Below are positions 17,340-27,516 of a stretch of 64,000 nt of DNA, piece by piece (positions within the stretch are counted from its first letter, which is position 1; the number at the start of each line of letters is the position of its first letter). The notes below the pieces were generated by a model. It did no database searches and was not told the DNA's origin. It saw only the letters and a program-made list of their open reading frames with translations. The position numbers and the translations under genes were made by a program. Source of the stretch: an uncultured Ruminococcus sp. (GTDB lineage: Bacteria > Bacillota > Clostridia > Oscillospirales > Ruminococcaceae). The stretch covers positions 16,724 to 80,723 of the forward strand of contig CALXBL010000001.1 of NCBI GenBank assembly GCA_944386525.1. The letters are read 5' to 3'.

Positions 17340-20300
17340 TTATATCAGTCCAATATTTTCCTTGCCAACGCTCTCCTCCAATTTACTTATAAATTCCTCT
17401 GTAAGAGATACTCCTGCCCTTGATTTTGGAACTATGGTCTTTTTCAGATCTGTAAGATAAAAACACACACCCGTACTGCCCGGATAATCACTGCACAGAG
17501 CTATTACCTTCTGGATAGTAGCATTATCAGTCGATGCAGCTTTACAGCATAGTCTTTTCCTTTCAATCTCTTTCATACTCAGTATACTGTCGCATAGCAG
17601 GCTTACAGTCTCATCCTTGTGGCTCAGTTTTCCTGTAACATACACCACATTATCCGGCTGGAGCTTTGACTTCGCCGCTGCAAAAAGCTGAGGAAAAACT
17701 ACACAGTCCATCTCTCCCATCATATCCTCACAGGTCATAAAGCACATGATCTCTCCTCTTTTTGTGGTATGTCGCTTTATTCCTCTTATGATAGAAATTG
17801 CGGATACAACAGTTCCGTCAGGATAACTTCCGCTGTCGCCTGTGATCTGACTGAAGTCCGCAGTCCTGAGAAGTTTTGCAAGATGACTGTATTCGGCAAG
17901 AGGATGTCCCGACAGATACATTCCTGCATACTCCTTTTCAAACCTGAGCAGCTCATATCTGCTGAATTCAGCCATTTCCGGAACCAATGCCTCATATACT
18001 CCACTGTCATAAGCTTCCCCGAAGAAATTCATCTGTCCCTCGAGCTGTTCTTTAGCTGCATCTCTGTGCTCTTCCAGTATACCGTCATAGTAGGTTATCA
18101 TCTGTTTGCGGTTAAGACCCAAGCCGTCAAGAGCTCCGCAGTAAATAAGACTTTCAAGTCCTCGCTTATTAAGGTCCGATCCCGCCATACGTCTGCAAAA
18201 GTCACGCAGTCCTGTAAATGAACCCTTTCGCCGACGCTCTGCAATAAGGCTCTCAATAAATGACCTGCCAATGTTGCGCACAGCTAACAGTCCAAAGCGT
18301 ATATCACTGCCGCTCCTCTGAAAGCAGAGTCCGCTTTCATTTACATGGGGCGGAAGTATCCTCACACGCTTATCCTCGCAAAGCTTTATATACGACATGA
18401 GCTTTGGAGTGTCCCCGACAACACTTGTCATAAGAGCTGCCATATAGTCCGCAAAATAGTGATATTTAAGATATGCAGTCTGATACGCAAGATATGAATA
18501 TGCAACAGCATGAGACTTGTTGAATGCATAGGAAGCAAATCCTGCTATCTCGTCAAATATCCTGTCTGCCGCATCCTCCGGGACTCCGTTTGCCACAGCT
18601 CCGGCTATACCTTCGCCGTCGCCGTATATAAAAATCTGACGCTCCTTTTCCATAATATCATGCTTTTTCTTAGCCATGGCACGACGCACAAGATCGGCTC
18701 TGCCATAGGAGTAGCCCGCCAGACTCCGGCATATCTCCATTACCTGCTCCTGATAAACAATACAGCCATTCGTAACTTTGAGTATAGGCTCAAGCAGAGG
18801 GTGAGCGTAGGTTATCATGCTGGGATTATGGCGGTTTTCTATATATTTGGGAATAGAATCACGAGGGCCAGGTCTGTAGAGAGAAAGCACCGCTGTAATG
18901 TCCTCCAAATTTTCCGGCTGAAGCTGCACGAGCACACGTCTCATACCTGCGCTTTCAAACTGGAATACACCTGTTGTCTCGCCCATTGCCATCATCTTGT
19001 AGACATTCTCATCATCAATAGGTATATCATCAATGTTGAATTCCGGCTCTCGTTTATCCACCTCTCTAACGCAGTCTCTTATGACCGTAAGATTCCGAAG
19101 TCCCAAAAAGTCAAACTTCAGAAGTCCCAACGCTTCAAGTGTATTCATGGTGTACTGCGTGACAACAGTCTCATCGTTGAACTGAAGAGGCACTAACTCC
19201 TCAATCGGAAATGCTGAAATTATAACCCCCGCCGCATGAGTAGATGTATGCCTGGGAACGCCCTCAAGTCTCATTGCCATGTCGATAAGAGCTTTTGCAC
19301 TGGAATCAGCTTTGCAAAGCTGTCTGAGGTCCTCTCCGTCCCTGCCCTCAAGGTTATCTTTTATAGTACGTCTTGGGTCGATAAGCTTTGCTATCTTATC
19401 ACACAAAGAATAGGGGATATTCATAGCACGTCCTGTATCACGCACTGCACCTCTCGCCTTCATAACATCGAAGGTAATTATCTCAGAGACACGTTCCTTA
19501 CCATAGCGACTTATTACATAGTCCTTTACAGCCTGTCTGCCCTCCATGCAGAAGTCTATATCAAAGTCGGGCATACTCACTCGCTCGGGGTTGAGAAATC
19601 TCTCAAATAGCAAGCCGTATTTTATTGGGTCGATCTGGGTGATGTCCAGACAGTAGGCACATATGCTGCCTGCACCTGAACCTCTGCCGGGACCTACTGG
19701 TATGCCGTTTTTACGTGCAAAAGCCACATAGTCCCATACTATTAAAAAGTAATCAGCAAAACCCATCTGACTAATAACACGCATCTCGTACTTCATGCGT
19801 TCAATGGCCTCAGCAGGTGGTTGCTCACCGTATTTTCTAATAAGTCCGTCTCTGCAAAGAGAGGCAAAGAGCTTTTTTGGGTCGGTTCCATCAGCAGTTT
19901 TAAACTCAGGCAGATGTACTGCTCCCGTTTCAAACTCCACATTGCATCTTTCAGCAATCTTTGCCGTGTTTGTAACAGACTCGGGACAGGCTGCAAAAAG
20001 CTCTGCCATCTCCTCGGTTGATTTCAGGTAAAACTCATCGGTCTCAAAGCCCATTCCGATTTCATCGTTTATATTCTTTCCCGTCTGTATGCAGAGAAGC
20101 ACCTCCTGCATTGACGAATCCTGTTTTGTTATATAATGAGCATCGTTAGTAGCCGCAAGCGGTATTCCTGTTTCCATCGAAAGCCGGCGCAGCGACGGTA
20201 TTATTCTAAGCTCGTCCTTTATGCCATGGTTTTGTATTTCAAGGAAGAAATTACCCTCACCAAATATCTTCTGGTAGAGCAATGCCGTTGCCTTTGCACG

Positions 20301-20780
20301 CTCATATTGATGATCAATCAGCAGGCTTGATATCTTTCCAGCTATACATCCTGATAAACATATCAGTCCATCACTGTGTTCACGAAGCAGCTCCTCGTCA
20401 ACTCTTGGTCTGTGGTAGAAGCCCTCAAGATGAGCCTTTGTCACCAGCTTTACCAGATTCCTGTAGCCTGTTTCATTCTCGCACAGAAGTATGAGATGAT
20501 AGTTTTTTCTGTCATGCTCATGTTCCTTATCGAATCGTGTACGCTGCGCAACATAGACCTCGCACCCAATGACCGGATGTATACCTGCCGCTTTGGCTGC
20601 CTGTGAAAACTGTACCGCTGCATAGAGATTGCCATGGTCGGTTACAGCAACTGATGTCTGCCCCAGCAACTTTACGTGCTCTATAAGCTCCTCTATGCGA
20701 CAGGCGCCGTCGAGGAGGCTGTATACACTGTGGACGTGAAGATGTGCAAAATCATTGCGCCGTATCAGACCTTGACTCAT
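17340..20780 (-). CDS. dnaE: DNA polymerase III alpha subunit (DnaE type)
   Basis: 1146 aa. The N-terminal PHP domain reads FAHLHVHSVYSLLDGA...VAVTDHGNLYA. The palm/fingers region (PDFDIDF, GLLKFDFLGLRNLT) and a C-terminal OB domain are present. Confidence 0.95.
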   Translation of the reverse strand: MSQGLIRRNDFAHLHVHSVYSLLDGACRIEELIEHVKLLGQTSVAVTDHGNLYAAVQFSQAAKAAGIHPVIGCEVYVAQRTRFDKEHEHDRKNYHLILLCENETGYRNLVKLVTKAHLEGFYHRPRVDEELLREHSDGLICLSGCIAGKISSLLIDHQYERAKATALLYQKIFGEGNFFLEIQNHGIKDELRIIPSLRRLSMETGIPLAATNDAHYITKQDSSMQEVLLCIQTGKNINDEIGMGFETDEFYLKSTEEMAELFAACPESVTNTAKIAERCNVEFETGAVHLPEFKTADGTDPKKLFASLCRDGLIRKYGEQPPAEAIERMKYEMRVISQMGFADYFLIVWDYVAFARKNGIPVGPGRGSGAGSICAYCLDITQIDPIKYGLLFERFLNPERVSMPDFDIDFCMEGRQAVKDYVISRYGKERVSEIITFDVMKARGAVRDTGRAMNIPYSLCDKIAKLIDPRRTIKDNLEGRDGEDLRQLCKADSSAKALIDMAMRLEGVPRHTSTHAAGVIISAFPIEELVPLQFNDETVVTQYTMNTLEALGLLKFDFLGLRNLTVIRDCVREVDKREPEFNIDDIPIDDENVYKMMAMGETTGVFQFESAGMRRVLVQLQPENLEDITAVLSLYRPGPRDSIPKYIENRHNPSMITYAHPLLEPILKVTNGCIVYQEQVMEICRSLAGYSYGRADLVRRAMAKKKHDIMEKERQIFIYGDGEGIAGAVANGVPEDAADRIFDEIAGFASYAFNKSHAVAYSYLAYQTAYLKYHYFADYMAALMTSVVGDTPKLMSYIKLCEDKRVRILPPHVNESGLCFQRSGSDIRFGLLAVRNIGRSFIESLIAERRRKGSFTGLRDFCRRMAGSDLNKRGLESLIYCGALDGLGLNRKQMITYYDGILEEHRDAAKEQLEGQMNFFGEAYDSGVYEALVPEMAEFSRYELLRFEKEYAGMYLSGHPLAEYSHLAKLLRTADFSQITGDSGSYPDGTVVSAISIIRGIKRHTTKRGEIMCFMTCEDMMGEMDCVVFPQLFAAAKSKLQPDNVVYVTGKLSHKDETVSLLCDSILSMKEIERKRLCCKAASTDNATIQKVIALCSDYPGSTGVCFYLTDLKKTIVPKSRAGVSLTEEFISKLEESVGKENIGLI

Positions 20781-21666
20781 TTTCTCTCAGCTCCTTTGCA
20801 ATTGCCGCTATCTTCTGGAACCGGTGGTTTACACCGGAGCGCCCTATGGGTACAGTCAGCAGCTCGCCGATCTCCTTAAGGCTCAGCTCCGGATTTTCAA
20901 GCCTCAGCTTTGCAGCCTCCTGTATTTCCGGCGAAAGGCTCTGAAGCTCGCCGTACTTTATAAGCAGCAGTATGTCCTCTGTCTGCCGCATTGCTGCATT
21001 TACCACCTTGTTTATATTTGCCTCGTCGCAGTTTCTCAGCCGGTTTGCCTTGTTGCGCATATCCTTATGGATCTTTATATTCATAATATCAAGCGTACAC
21101 TGCTGAGCTCCCATAAATGTGAGAGTATCCTCAATGCACTCGCTGTCCTTTATGTAGAGTACATACGACTTCTTGCGCTGTATCATTCTGCCCGATACTC
21201 CATATGAGCCCAAAATAGCATTGAGATCATTACACAACATCTGCGACGGAGTTACAAATTCAAGGTGATATTCTTTGCTCGGATCGGTCACGCTGCCGCA
21301 GATAAAAAATGCTCCTGCAAGAAATGCGCTTGTACTGTTGTTTACTATATTCCTGAGATTTATCTCACGCTCCAGAAAATCAATCTGATATGTACTACGT
21401 ATCTTTTCTATAAGCTGCGGGTCTGTTATGGTAAAGCTGCCATGTCCGCTTTCGCTTTTATCGCTTGCAGTTATATCCACATGAAACACCGACTTGAAAA
21501 GCTCCTGCACAAGTTCGGAAACATCTTCGCTTTCACTCTGGATACATATCTGTTCTTCCGTAAAAACTCTCGTATAGAGCAGCATTCCATAAAGGCAGGC
21601 AAAACGCTTGTCGCCGTCGTTTATAGTCCTGCGTACTTCTCTGCGCACCTGGTCAGAGAATGACAT
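20752..21666 (-). CDS. whiA: DNA-binding cell-division/sporulation regulator WhiA
   Basis: 304 aa. MSFSDQVRREV..., LAGAFFICGSVTDP (degenerate LAGLIDADG) and a C-terminal HTH (LSLKEIGELLTVPIGRSGVNHRFQKI). It sits in the conserved rapZ-(yvcK)-whiA neighbourhood. Confidence 0.9.
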   Translation of the reverse strand: MSFSDQVRREVRRTINDGDKRFACLYGMLLYTRVFTEEQICIQSESEDVSELVQELFKSVFHVDITASDKSESGHGSFTITDPQLIEKIRSTYQIDFLEREINLRNIVNNSTSAFLAGAFFICGSVTDPSKEYHLEFVTPSQMLCNDLNAILGSYGVSGRMIQRKKSYVLYIKDSECIEDTLTFMGAQQCTLDIMNIKIHKDMRNKANRLRNCDEANINKVVNAAMRQTEDILLLIKYGELQSLSPEIQEAAKLRLENPELSLKEIGELLTVPIGRSGVNHRFQKIAAIAKELRENESRSDTAQ

Positions 21667-21740
21667 ACACTTTTCCTCCTCTCAGCATATATAAAACAAC
21701 CGCCTGCTCCGGAAAGAGCAGGACGGCTTTGATATTATAA

Positions 21741-22613
21741 TCATCTGTCCTTGCCTATATCACGATGCTGCTTTATCACACGCATACCCTTTGATATAAG
21801 ATAGTCACCGATAAGTTCAGCAAATGTTATTGAGCGGTGCTTGCCTCCGGTGCAGCCGAAGGATATCACAAGCCTGCTCTTGCCCTCGTGAATGTAGAGA
21901 GGCAGCAGAAAATCAAGCAGCTCTTTAAGCTTATCCATAAGCTCTCTCGACTGCTCGAAGGACATAACGTAATCCCTTACACAGGCATCGCAGCCTGTAT
22001 GAGGACGCAATTCCTTGACATAGTGAGGATTAGGCAGGCATCTCACGTCGAATACAAGATCTGATTCCGTTGAAACTCCATACTTAAAGCCAAATGACGT
22101 TACCTTTATGGACATTGAATCTGTTGCATTGCTCAGAAATATATCACGTATCTGCTCCTTGAGCTGTGAAACAGACTGGTAGGAGGTCTCGATATAATAA
22201 TCAGCTATCCCCTTTATCTGAACAAGCTGCTCACGCTCAAACGCTATCGCATTATGGAGATTACCGCTGAATTTCTCATCGAGCGGATGCTTTCTTCTCG
22301 TCTCCTTATAACGCTTTATAAGCACTTCGTCCTCAGCATCGATATAGAGTATTTTAACATCAAGATCCTTCTGGTGCTCAAGCTCACACATACACTTATA
22401 TGCATCGGCAAACATATCACCTGAACGCAGATCTGCCGCTATGGCTATCTTTTCAAGTCTGTTTTCAGACTCCCTGCAAATTTCGATAAAGCGGCTCATA
22501 AGCTGCGGCGGAAGATTATCAATACAGTAAAATCCTATATCCTCCATAACGTCCATAACGCTGGATTTGCCCGAACCCGACATTCCAGTTACAATAACGA
22601 CCTGCATTTTCAT
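21741..22613 (-). CDS. rapZ: RNase adapter / nucleotide-binding protein RapZ (YvcJ)
   Basis: VIVTGMSGSGKSS Walker A, DVRCLPNPHY, and FGCTGGKHRS at the C-terminus. Confidence 0.9.
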   Translation of the reverse strand: MKMQVVIVTGMSGSGKSSVMDVMEDIGFYCIDNLPPQLMSRFIEICRESENRLEKIAIAADLRSGDMFADAYKCMCELEHQKDLDVKILYIDAEDEVLIKRYKETRRKHPLDEKFSGNLHNAIAFEREQLVQIKGIADYYIETSYQSVSQLKEQIRDIFLSNATDSMSIKVTSFGFKYGVSTESDLVFDVRCLPNPHYVKELRPHTGCDACVRDYVMSFEQSRELMDKLKELLDFLLPLYIHEGKSRLVISFGCTGGKHRSITFAELIGDYLISKGMRVIKQHRDIGKDR

Positions 22614-22626
22614 GTTGCATATCCCC

Positions 22627-23535
22627 TTATCTGAGCACTACAGGCTCCAATTCAAGCTTGTATCCTGTTTTCTCCTTTACGGTTTCAATGACAAATTCAC
22701 AAAGCTCCAGAACATCCTTACAGGTAGCCTTGCCCGTATTTACAATAAAACCTGCGTGTTTTGTGCTGACCTGTGCATCACCTACGCTTGCACCCTTTAG
22801 TCCGCACTGGTCTATGAGGAAAGAGGCATAACTTCCCTCCGGTCTTTTGAAAGTACTGCCTGCACTTGGAAGCTCAAGCGGCTGCTTTGCACGTCTCTGG
22901 CTGAGGTAGCCTTCCATCTCAGTCTTTATAGCGTCATACCTTCCTGCCCTGAGCTGGAATGTAACGCTGATGATTATCTTGTCTGTGCCGCTAAACATAC
23001 TGTGACGATAGGAAAGCTCCATATCTTTTCCCGCAACTGTTTTTACAGAGCCGTCATCGTCTATATATTCTGCCGACAGGACTACATCAGCCATCTCTCC
23101 GCCATAAGCTCCTGCGTTCATGTAGAGTGCGCCGCCTACTGTTCCTGGGATACCTGCAAGGCACTCCATGCCGGAGTATGATTCCTCCAAAGCGGCTTTT
23201 GCTGCTGTCATGAGCATTGCGCCTGCATCGCAGCGTATCTGATAGTCATTCATTATCTCAATTCCGGAAAAATTCTTCCCAACTACAAATACAACTCCGT
23301 CATATCCTTCGTCTGAAACGATAACATTACTTCCGTTTCCAAGAATGAGATACCGAACACCGTTTTCCTTACAGTATCCAACAAGCTCCCTGAGAAGACT
23401 GCTGCTGTTTATATCCACAAAAGCCCTGCATTCTCCGCCAATACGGAAGGTCGTGTGTTTCCTGAGCGGTTCATTTCTCAGCAGAGGGCAGTCATACTTT
23501 TCGCATATAGTCTCCAGCTGATCTATATATTCCAT
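22627..23535 (-). CDS. murB: UDP-N-acetylenolpyruvoylglucosamine reductase
   Basis: 302 aa, with the FAD-binding motifs LGNGSNV, GIPGTVGGALYMNAGAYG and PSAGSTFKRP. Confidence 0.93.
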   Translation of the reverse strand: MEYIDQLETICEKYDCPLLRNEPLRKHTTFRIGGECRAFVDINSSSLLRELVGYCKENGVRYLILGNGSNVIVSDEGYDGVVFVVGKNFSGIEIMNDYQIRCDAGAMLMTAAKAALEESYSGMECLAGIPGTVGGALYMNAGAYGGEMADVVLSAEYIDDDGSVKTVAGKDMELSYRHSMFSGTDKIIISVTFQLRAGRYDAIKTEMEGYLSQRRAKQPLELPSAGSTFKRPEGSYASFLIDQCGLKGASVGDAQVSTKHAGFIVNTGKATCKDVLELCEFVIETVKEKTGYKLELEPVVLR

Positions 23536-23567
23536 TCAAATTCTCCTATATATCTTTGGGGATCTTA

Positions 23568-24527
23568 TCAGAATGCGTCATAATCCTTGATAACTTCTCT
23601 GCTTTCCATATCAAGTCCTAAATGTTCAAGCAGTTCGTTGGCTGCATTGTAGCCCATCTTCTTCTGACGGTTGTTCATGGCTGCAACTTCAAGAATCACC
23701 GCAAGATTTCGTCCGGGTCTTACGGGAATAGTCAGAGAAGGAACTTTTACTCCCAGCAGTGATACATACTGTGTATCCACACCCATACGATCGTAAATCT
23801 TTTCGGGATTCCACTGTTCCATTTCAACTATAAGCTCGATATTCTCACGATTCTTTACCGCACCTATACCAAACAGACGGCGTGCATTGATAATGCCTAT
23901 ACCGCGAAGCTCCAGGAAGTGACGTATATTATCAGGTGATGAGCCTATAAGCGTATCGTTTGATACCTTGCGTATTTCAACAGCGTCATCTGCTACAAGT
24001 CGATGCCCGCGCTTTACAAGCTCAATGGCAGTCTCGCTCTTGCCAACGCCGCTTTCTCCCGTGATGAATACACCCTCACCATATATCTCGATAAGAACGC
24101 CATGGCGTGTGATACGAGGTGCAAGACTCACATTGAGAAACGCAATAAGTCCTGAGATAAAGTTTGATGTGCTCTCCTTACTCCTTAAAAGCGGCACTTC
24201 ATACTTCTTGGCAAGCTCCAGCATCTCTTCAAAATAGGGCAGCTCCCTTGATATTACAAGGGCAGGCATCCTCTGGGCAAAAAGTGTCTCCAGACGCTGG
24301 TATCTTGTGTTTTCGTCTATGGTGGAGAGATATGCAAATTCCATCTTTCCTATTATCTGTATGCGCTCCGGATTAAAATATTCGTAAAAACCCATGAGCT
24401 GAAGTCCCGGTCGTGTTACGTCTGTCTCATCAATAAGTATTTCAGACGCAGCCTTGGGCATATGAATGGTTTCAAGCTTGAATTCATTTATTATCTTATC
24501 AAGACCTACTGTAAATTTACTTGCCAT
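23568..24527 (-). CDS. hprK: HPr kinase/phosphorylase
   Basis: 319 aa, with the Walker A motif [27 protein letters not shown] and [10 protein letters not shown]. Confidence 0.93.
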   Translation of the reverse strand: [319 protein letters not shown]

Positions 24528-24561
24528 AATACTTCCTCTTTCTTATCCCTTAAAGCTTATT

Positions 24562-25860
24562 TTAATAATTTATAACTCTGTGTCCGCTGCCCGTGCCGTC
24601 GGTATAGCTTATGGATACAGTCATATCTCCGCTGTTTGACTCTGCCCAGCTGGATGCTGATGCGGCATTGGCGGAACTTGTGCTGAGCAGCGCATATGAA
24701 ACGTCCAGTTCAGAGGGATCGTATACCGGCTCCAGACCATTCATTGTATAATATGCGCTGAGGTCAAGTACAATGTCTGATGAACCCGATACTGCCTCTG
24801 CAAGAGTATTTGCCAGCTCTATCATGGGAGCAGCGTCCTTTGCATACACGTCCGGATTCAGATACGGCTCGTCCTTCGGCACGAAGTCGGGGTATGTAAA
24901 GCCGCTGCACAAAATCGCTGAAAATCCACCGTCGGAAAGTTCCTCTACAAGAGCCTCAAGGTATGATATTGTAGCGCTGCTGTTCGGGTCGAGCCACGAC
25001 TTGCCGCCGTTTGCAACAGTGTTGTCAAGCCATCTGTCGCCGGTAAGGACTCCATTCTTTTCTACCTTATAGCTTGCATCCCTGTATGTGTCGGCATAGA
25101 TATGGTCATCAAGCAGACTGCATGAAGCGTAGGCATAAAATCCCTCGTCCTGCACGATAGAAGCTATCTCCGCAGCTGTCATGCTGCCCTTGCAAACAGC
25201 CCATGAAGCAGAACCTGCTGCTGATGAATCAAAAGTAAGCTCGCCGCCTGAAAGTTTCATCGGAATAACTACCGCACCTGCATCAGGATACTTTGACTTT
25301 ACGTCCTTAAGCATGGCTCTTAGCGTTGCTTCATCGCTGACTGCATTTTCGGGCAGTCTAACGCTGCACTGTACTTCCTCATATATTCCCGCTGTAGCTA
25401 CTGCTGAACCACCGCTTGAGCCGCCGGTTGAACCACCTGTCGAACCGCCGGTTGAGCCTCCTGTCGAGCCGCCGGTTGACGATCCAGTGTCACCAGGAGC
25501 AAGATCTACACCTGAGCCGCCGCTGTTGCCTGTCTTTATCTCATCATCTGTAGTAGTTGTAGCAGAAGTTGTAGATGTGGTAGTAACCGTAGTTGTTCCG
25601 CCATTGACCAGAACTACATTTGTTGATACAGAAGTAGTTGTTCCGCTCTCATTCTGGGGATTTTCAGCAGACAGATTGTCACTTGATGCTGGCTCATCTC
25701 CGCTGTTCACAATAGGTTTTGCAATGAGATATCCTCCTATACAGAGCAGTCCTGCTGCTGCGATTGTAATAATAGTAGGCATTACTGCATTCGAGGATGA
25801 AAATCCTGCTTTTCTTGTTCGCTTTGAACGATAGACCATGTTTCTTTTCTTATTATTCAT
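24562..25860 (-). CDS. Membrane-anchored extracytoplasmic protein with a Ser/Thr/Gly linker and a GHL/DUF4015-like putative glycoside-hydrolase TIM-barrel domain
   Basis: An N-terminal basic tail and TM segment (IITIAAAGLLCIGGYLIA), a low-complexity stretch (TTSTTSATTTT...GGSTGGSTGGSTGGSTGGSSGGS), and a C-terminal domain with WLDPNSSATISYLEALVEELSDGGFSAILCSGFTYPDF. The family is named from memory. Confidence 0.5.
   Translation of the reverse strand: MNNKKRNMVYRSKRTRKAGFSSSNAVMPTIITIAAAGLLCIGGYLIAKPIVNSGDEPASSDNLSAENPQNESGTTTSVSTNVVLVNGGTTTVTTTSTTSATTTTDDEIKTGNSGGSGVDLAPGDTGSSTGGSTGGSTGGSTGGSTGGSSGGSAVATAGIYEEVQCSVRLPENAVSDEATLRAMLKDVKSKYPDAGAVVIPMKLSGGELTFDSSAAGSASWAVCKGSMTAAEIASIVQDEGFYAYASCSLLDDHIYADTYRDASYKVEKNGVLTGDRWLDNTVANGGKSWLDPNSSATISYLEALVEELSDGGFSAILCSGFTYPDFVPKDEPYLNPDVYAKDAAPMIELANTLAEAVSGSSDIVLDLSAYYTMNGLEPVYDPSELDVSYALLSTSSANAASASSWAESNSGDMTVSISYTDGTGSGHRVINY
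25400..25490. repeat. 12-bp tandem repeat encoding (GGST)n inside the CDS
   Basis: The plus strand reads CCGCCGGTTGAACCACCTGTCGAACCGCCGGTTGAGCCTCCTGTCGAGCCGCCGGTTGA, and the protein reads GGSTGGSTGGSTGGSTGGSSGGS. Confidence 0.8.
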
Positions 25861-25874
25861 CTTAATACTCCATT

Positions 25875-26558
25875 CTATTCAGTCCGGCGCACTGCTTCTC
25901 TGAGAGCCTTTACCCCAAGGGCAACAGTCTCGTGTTTAAAGATATAGCTTCCGGCAACAAGCATATCAGCTCCCGCCTCTGCTGCCATGGCGGCTGTTTT
26001 ATCATTTATTCCGCCGTCGACTTGGAGCTTAACATCAAGCTGCTTTTCGTCTATAATCTTCCGCAGTGATCTGATCTTATCAAGCTGATCCTCCATGAAA
26101 GACTGTCCGCCAAATCCCGGTTCTACCGTCATGATAAGTACGACATCCACAAGACTTAAGAAAGGCAGTGCTTCTTCAAAAATAGTCCTTGGCTTCAGCA
26201 CTATGCCTGCCTTCGCTCCGTTTTCCTTTATTGCACGGATCGTTTCATAAGGATCGCTTTTGCTTTCAAGGTGGAAAGTCACCAGATCTGCGCCCGCCTT
26301 AACTGTTTCGGGAATATATCTCAGAGGGTCGGTTATCATCAGGTGTACATCAAGAAACATATTCGTACTCCTGTTTACCGCCTCTAGCACGGGAAAGCCA
26401 AAGGATATATTCGGCACAAAAACACCGTCCATTACGTCAAAGTGCAGCATATCTGCACCGCTTTTCTCAAGTTCCTTTGAGACCCTTTCAAGATTACCCA
26501 TGTCAGCATTCAGCACCGAAGCGCATATCTCGAGTCCTCTCACACCAGATTCCTCCAT
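25875..26558 (-). CDS. rpe: Ribulose-phosphate 3-epimerase
   Basis: LHFDVMDGVFVPNISFG, DVHLMI, MTVEPGFGGQSF and VDGGIN motifs. Confidence 0.93.
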   Translation of the reverse strand: MEESGVRGLEICASVLNADMGNLERVSKELEKSGADMLHFDVMDGVFVPNISFGFPVLEAVNRSTNMFLDVHLMITDPLRYIPETVKAGADLVTFHLESKSDPYETIRAIKENGAKAGIVLKPRTIFEEALPFLSLVDVVLIMTVEPGFGGQSFMEDQLDKIRSLRKIIDEKQLDVKLQVDGGINDKTAAMAAEAGADMLVAGSYIFKHETVALGVKALREAVRRTE

Positions 26559-26721
26559 CCTATATCATTTGGATTGTGAGTTATACACTTCTATTATATA
26601 ATATTTTTTTCTGTTAGTCAAGTTTATTTCCGGGTATTTTGATTTCCTGTCAAACCGTATTTGCACATATTGCTTTTTCATGAGCGCAAATAAAAAGTAT
26701 TGTGATTTTACAATTAACCAC

Positions 26722-26750
26722 TGGACAAACTATACAAAAAATAGTATAAT
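26722..26750 (+). promoter_or_regulatory. Candidate sigma-A promoter of the fucose operon
   Basis: TGGACA (26722-26727), a 17-nt spacer, then TATAAT (26745-26750), 48 nt before the fucA start. Confidence 0.5.
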
Positions 26751-26797
26751 AATAGGAAAGGCATTAAGCCTTTGAGGAAATATTAGGAGGAACATCA

Positions 26798-27478
26798 ATG
26801 ACTGAAAAAGAAATCAAAGACCAGATATGCGACATATGCCACAAAATGTGGCAGCTTGGCTGGGTGGCTGCAAACGATGGCAACGTATCTGTCAAGCTCC
26901 CCGACGGCAACTTCCTTGCAACACCCACCGGTATGAGCAAATGCTTTATCACACCTGAGAAGCTCGTTAAGATCAACGCTAAGGGTGAAGTGCTTGAAGG
27001 AGCTGAGGGTCTGAGACCTTCATCTGAAATTAAAATGCACCTTTGCTGCTATGCTGAACGTGATGATGTAGGAGCAGTTCTCCACGCACATCCGCCGACA
27101 GCTACAGGCTTTGCCGTGGCAAATAAAGCTCTTGATGAGTACACTATGATAGAATCCGTTATAGCTATAGGCTCTGTGCCCGTAACTCCCTATGGCACAC
27201 CCTCTACTGAAGAAGTTCCGGACGCTATACGCCCCTATCTCCCATACCACGATGTAATGCTGCTCCAGAACCACGGCGCACTTACCGTGGGCGCAGACCT
27301 TATAACTGCATACTACCGCATGGAAACTCTCGAAATGTTTGCAAAGATAACTCTTACAGCCCATCTGCTGGGCGGCTCTCAGGAGATACCCCGTGACCAG
27401 ATCGAAAGGCTCTGCGGCATGAGACCTAAATACGGAGTTACAGGCAAGCACCCAGGCTATAAAAAATATAACAAGTAA
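26798..27478 (+). CDS. fucA: Class II aldolase, L-fuculose-1-phosphate aldolase by context
   Basis: Class II aldolase/adducin fold motifs are present (GNVSVKL, PSSEIKMH, VLHAHPP, LLQNHGALTVG). It is the first gene of an operon that also contains fucU and fucI. Confidence 0.7.
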   Translation: MTEKEIKDQICDICHKMWQLGWVAANDGNVSVKLPDGNFLATPTGMSKCFITPEKLVKINAKGEVLEGAEGLRPSSEIKMHLCCYAERDDVGAVLHAHPPTATGFAVANKALDEYTMIESVIAIGSVPVTPYGTPSTEEVPDAIRPYLPYHDVMLLQNHGALTVGADLITAYYRMETLEMFAKITLTAHLLGGSQEIPRDQIERLCGMRPKYGVTGKHPGYKKYNK

Positions 27479-27516
27479 AAGAAACACTGAATCTTTACGC
27501 AAAGGAGGCAGAATCT

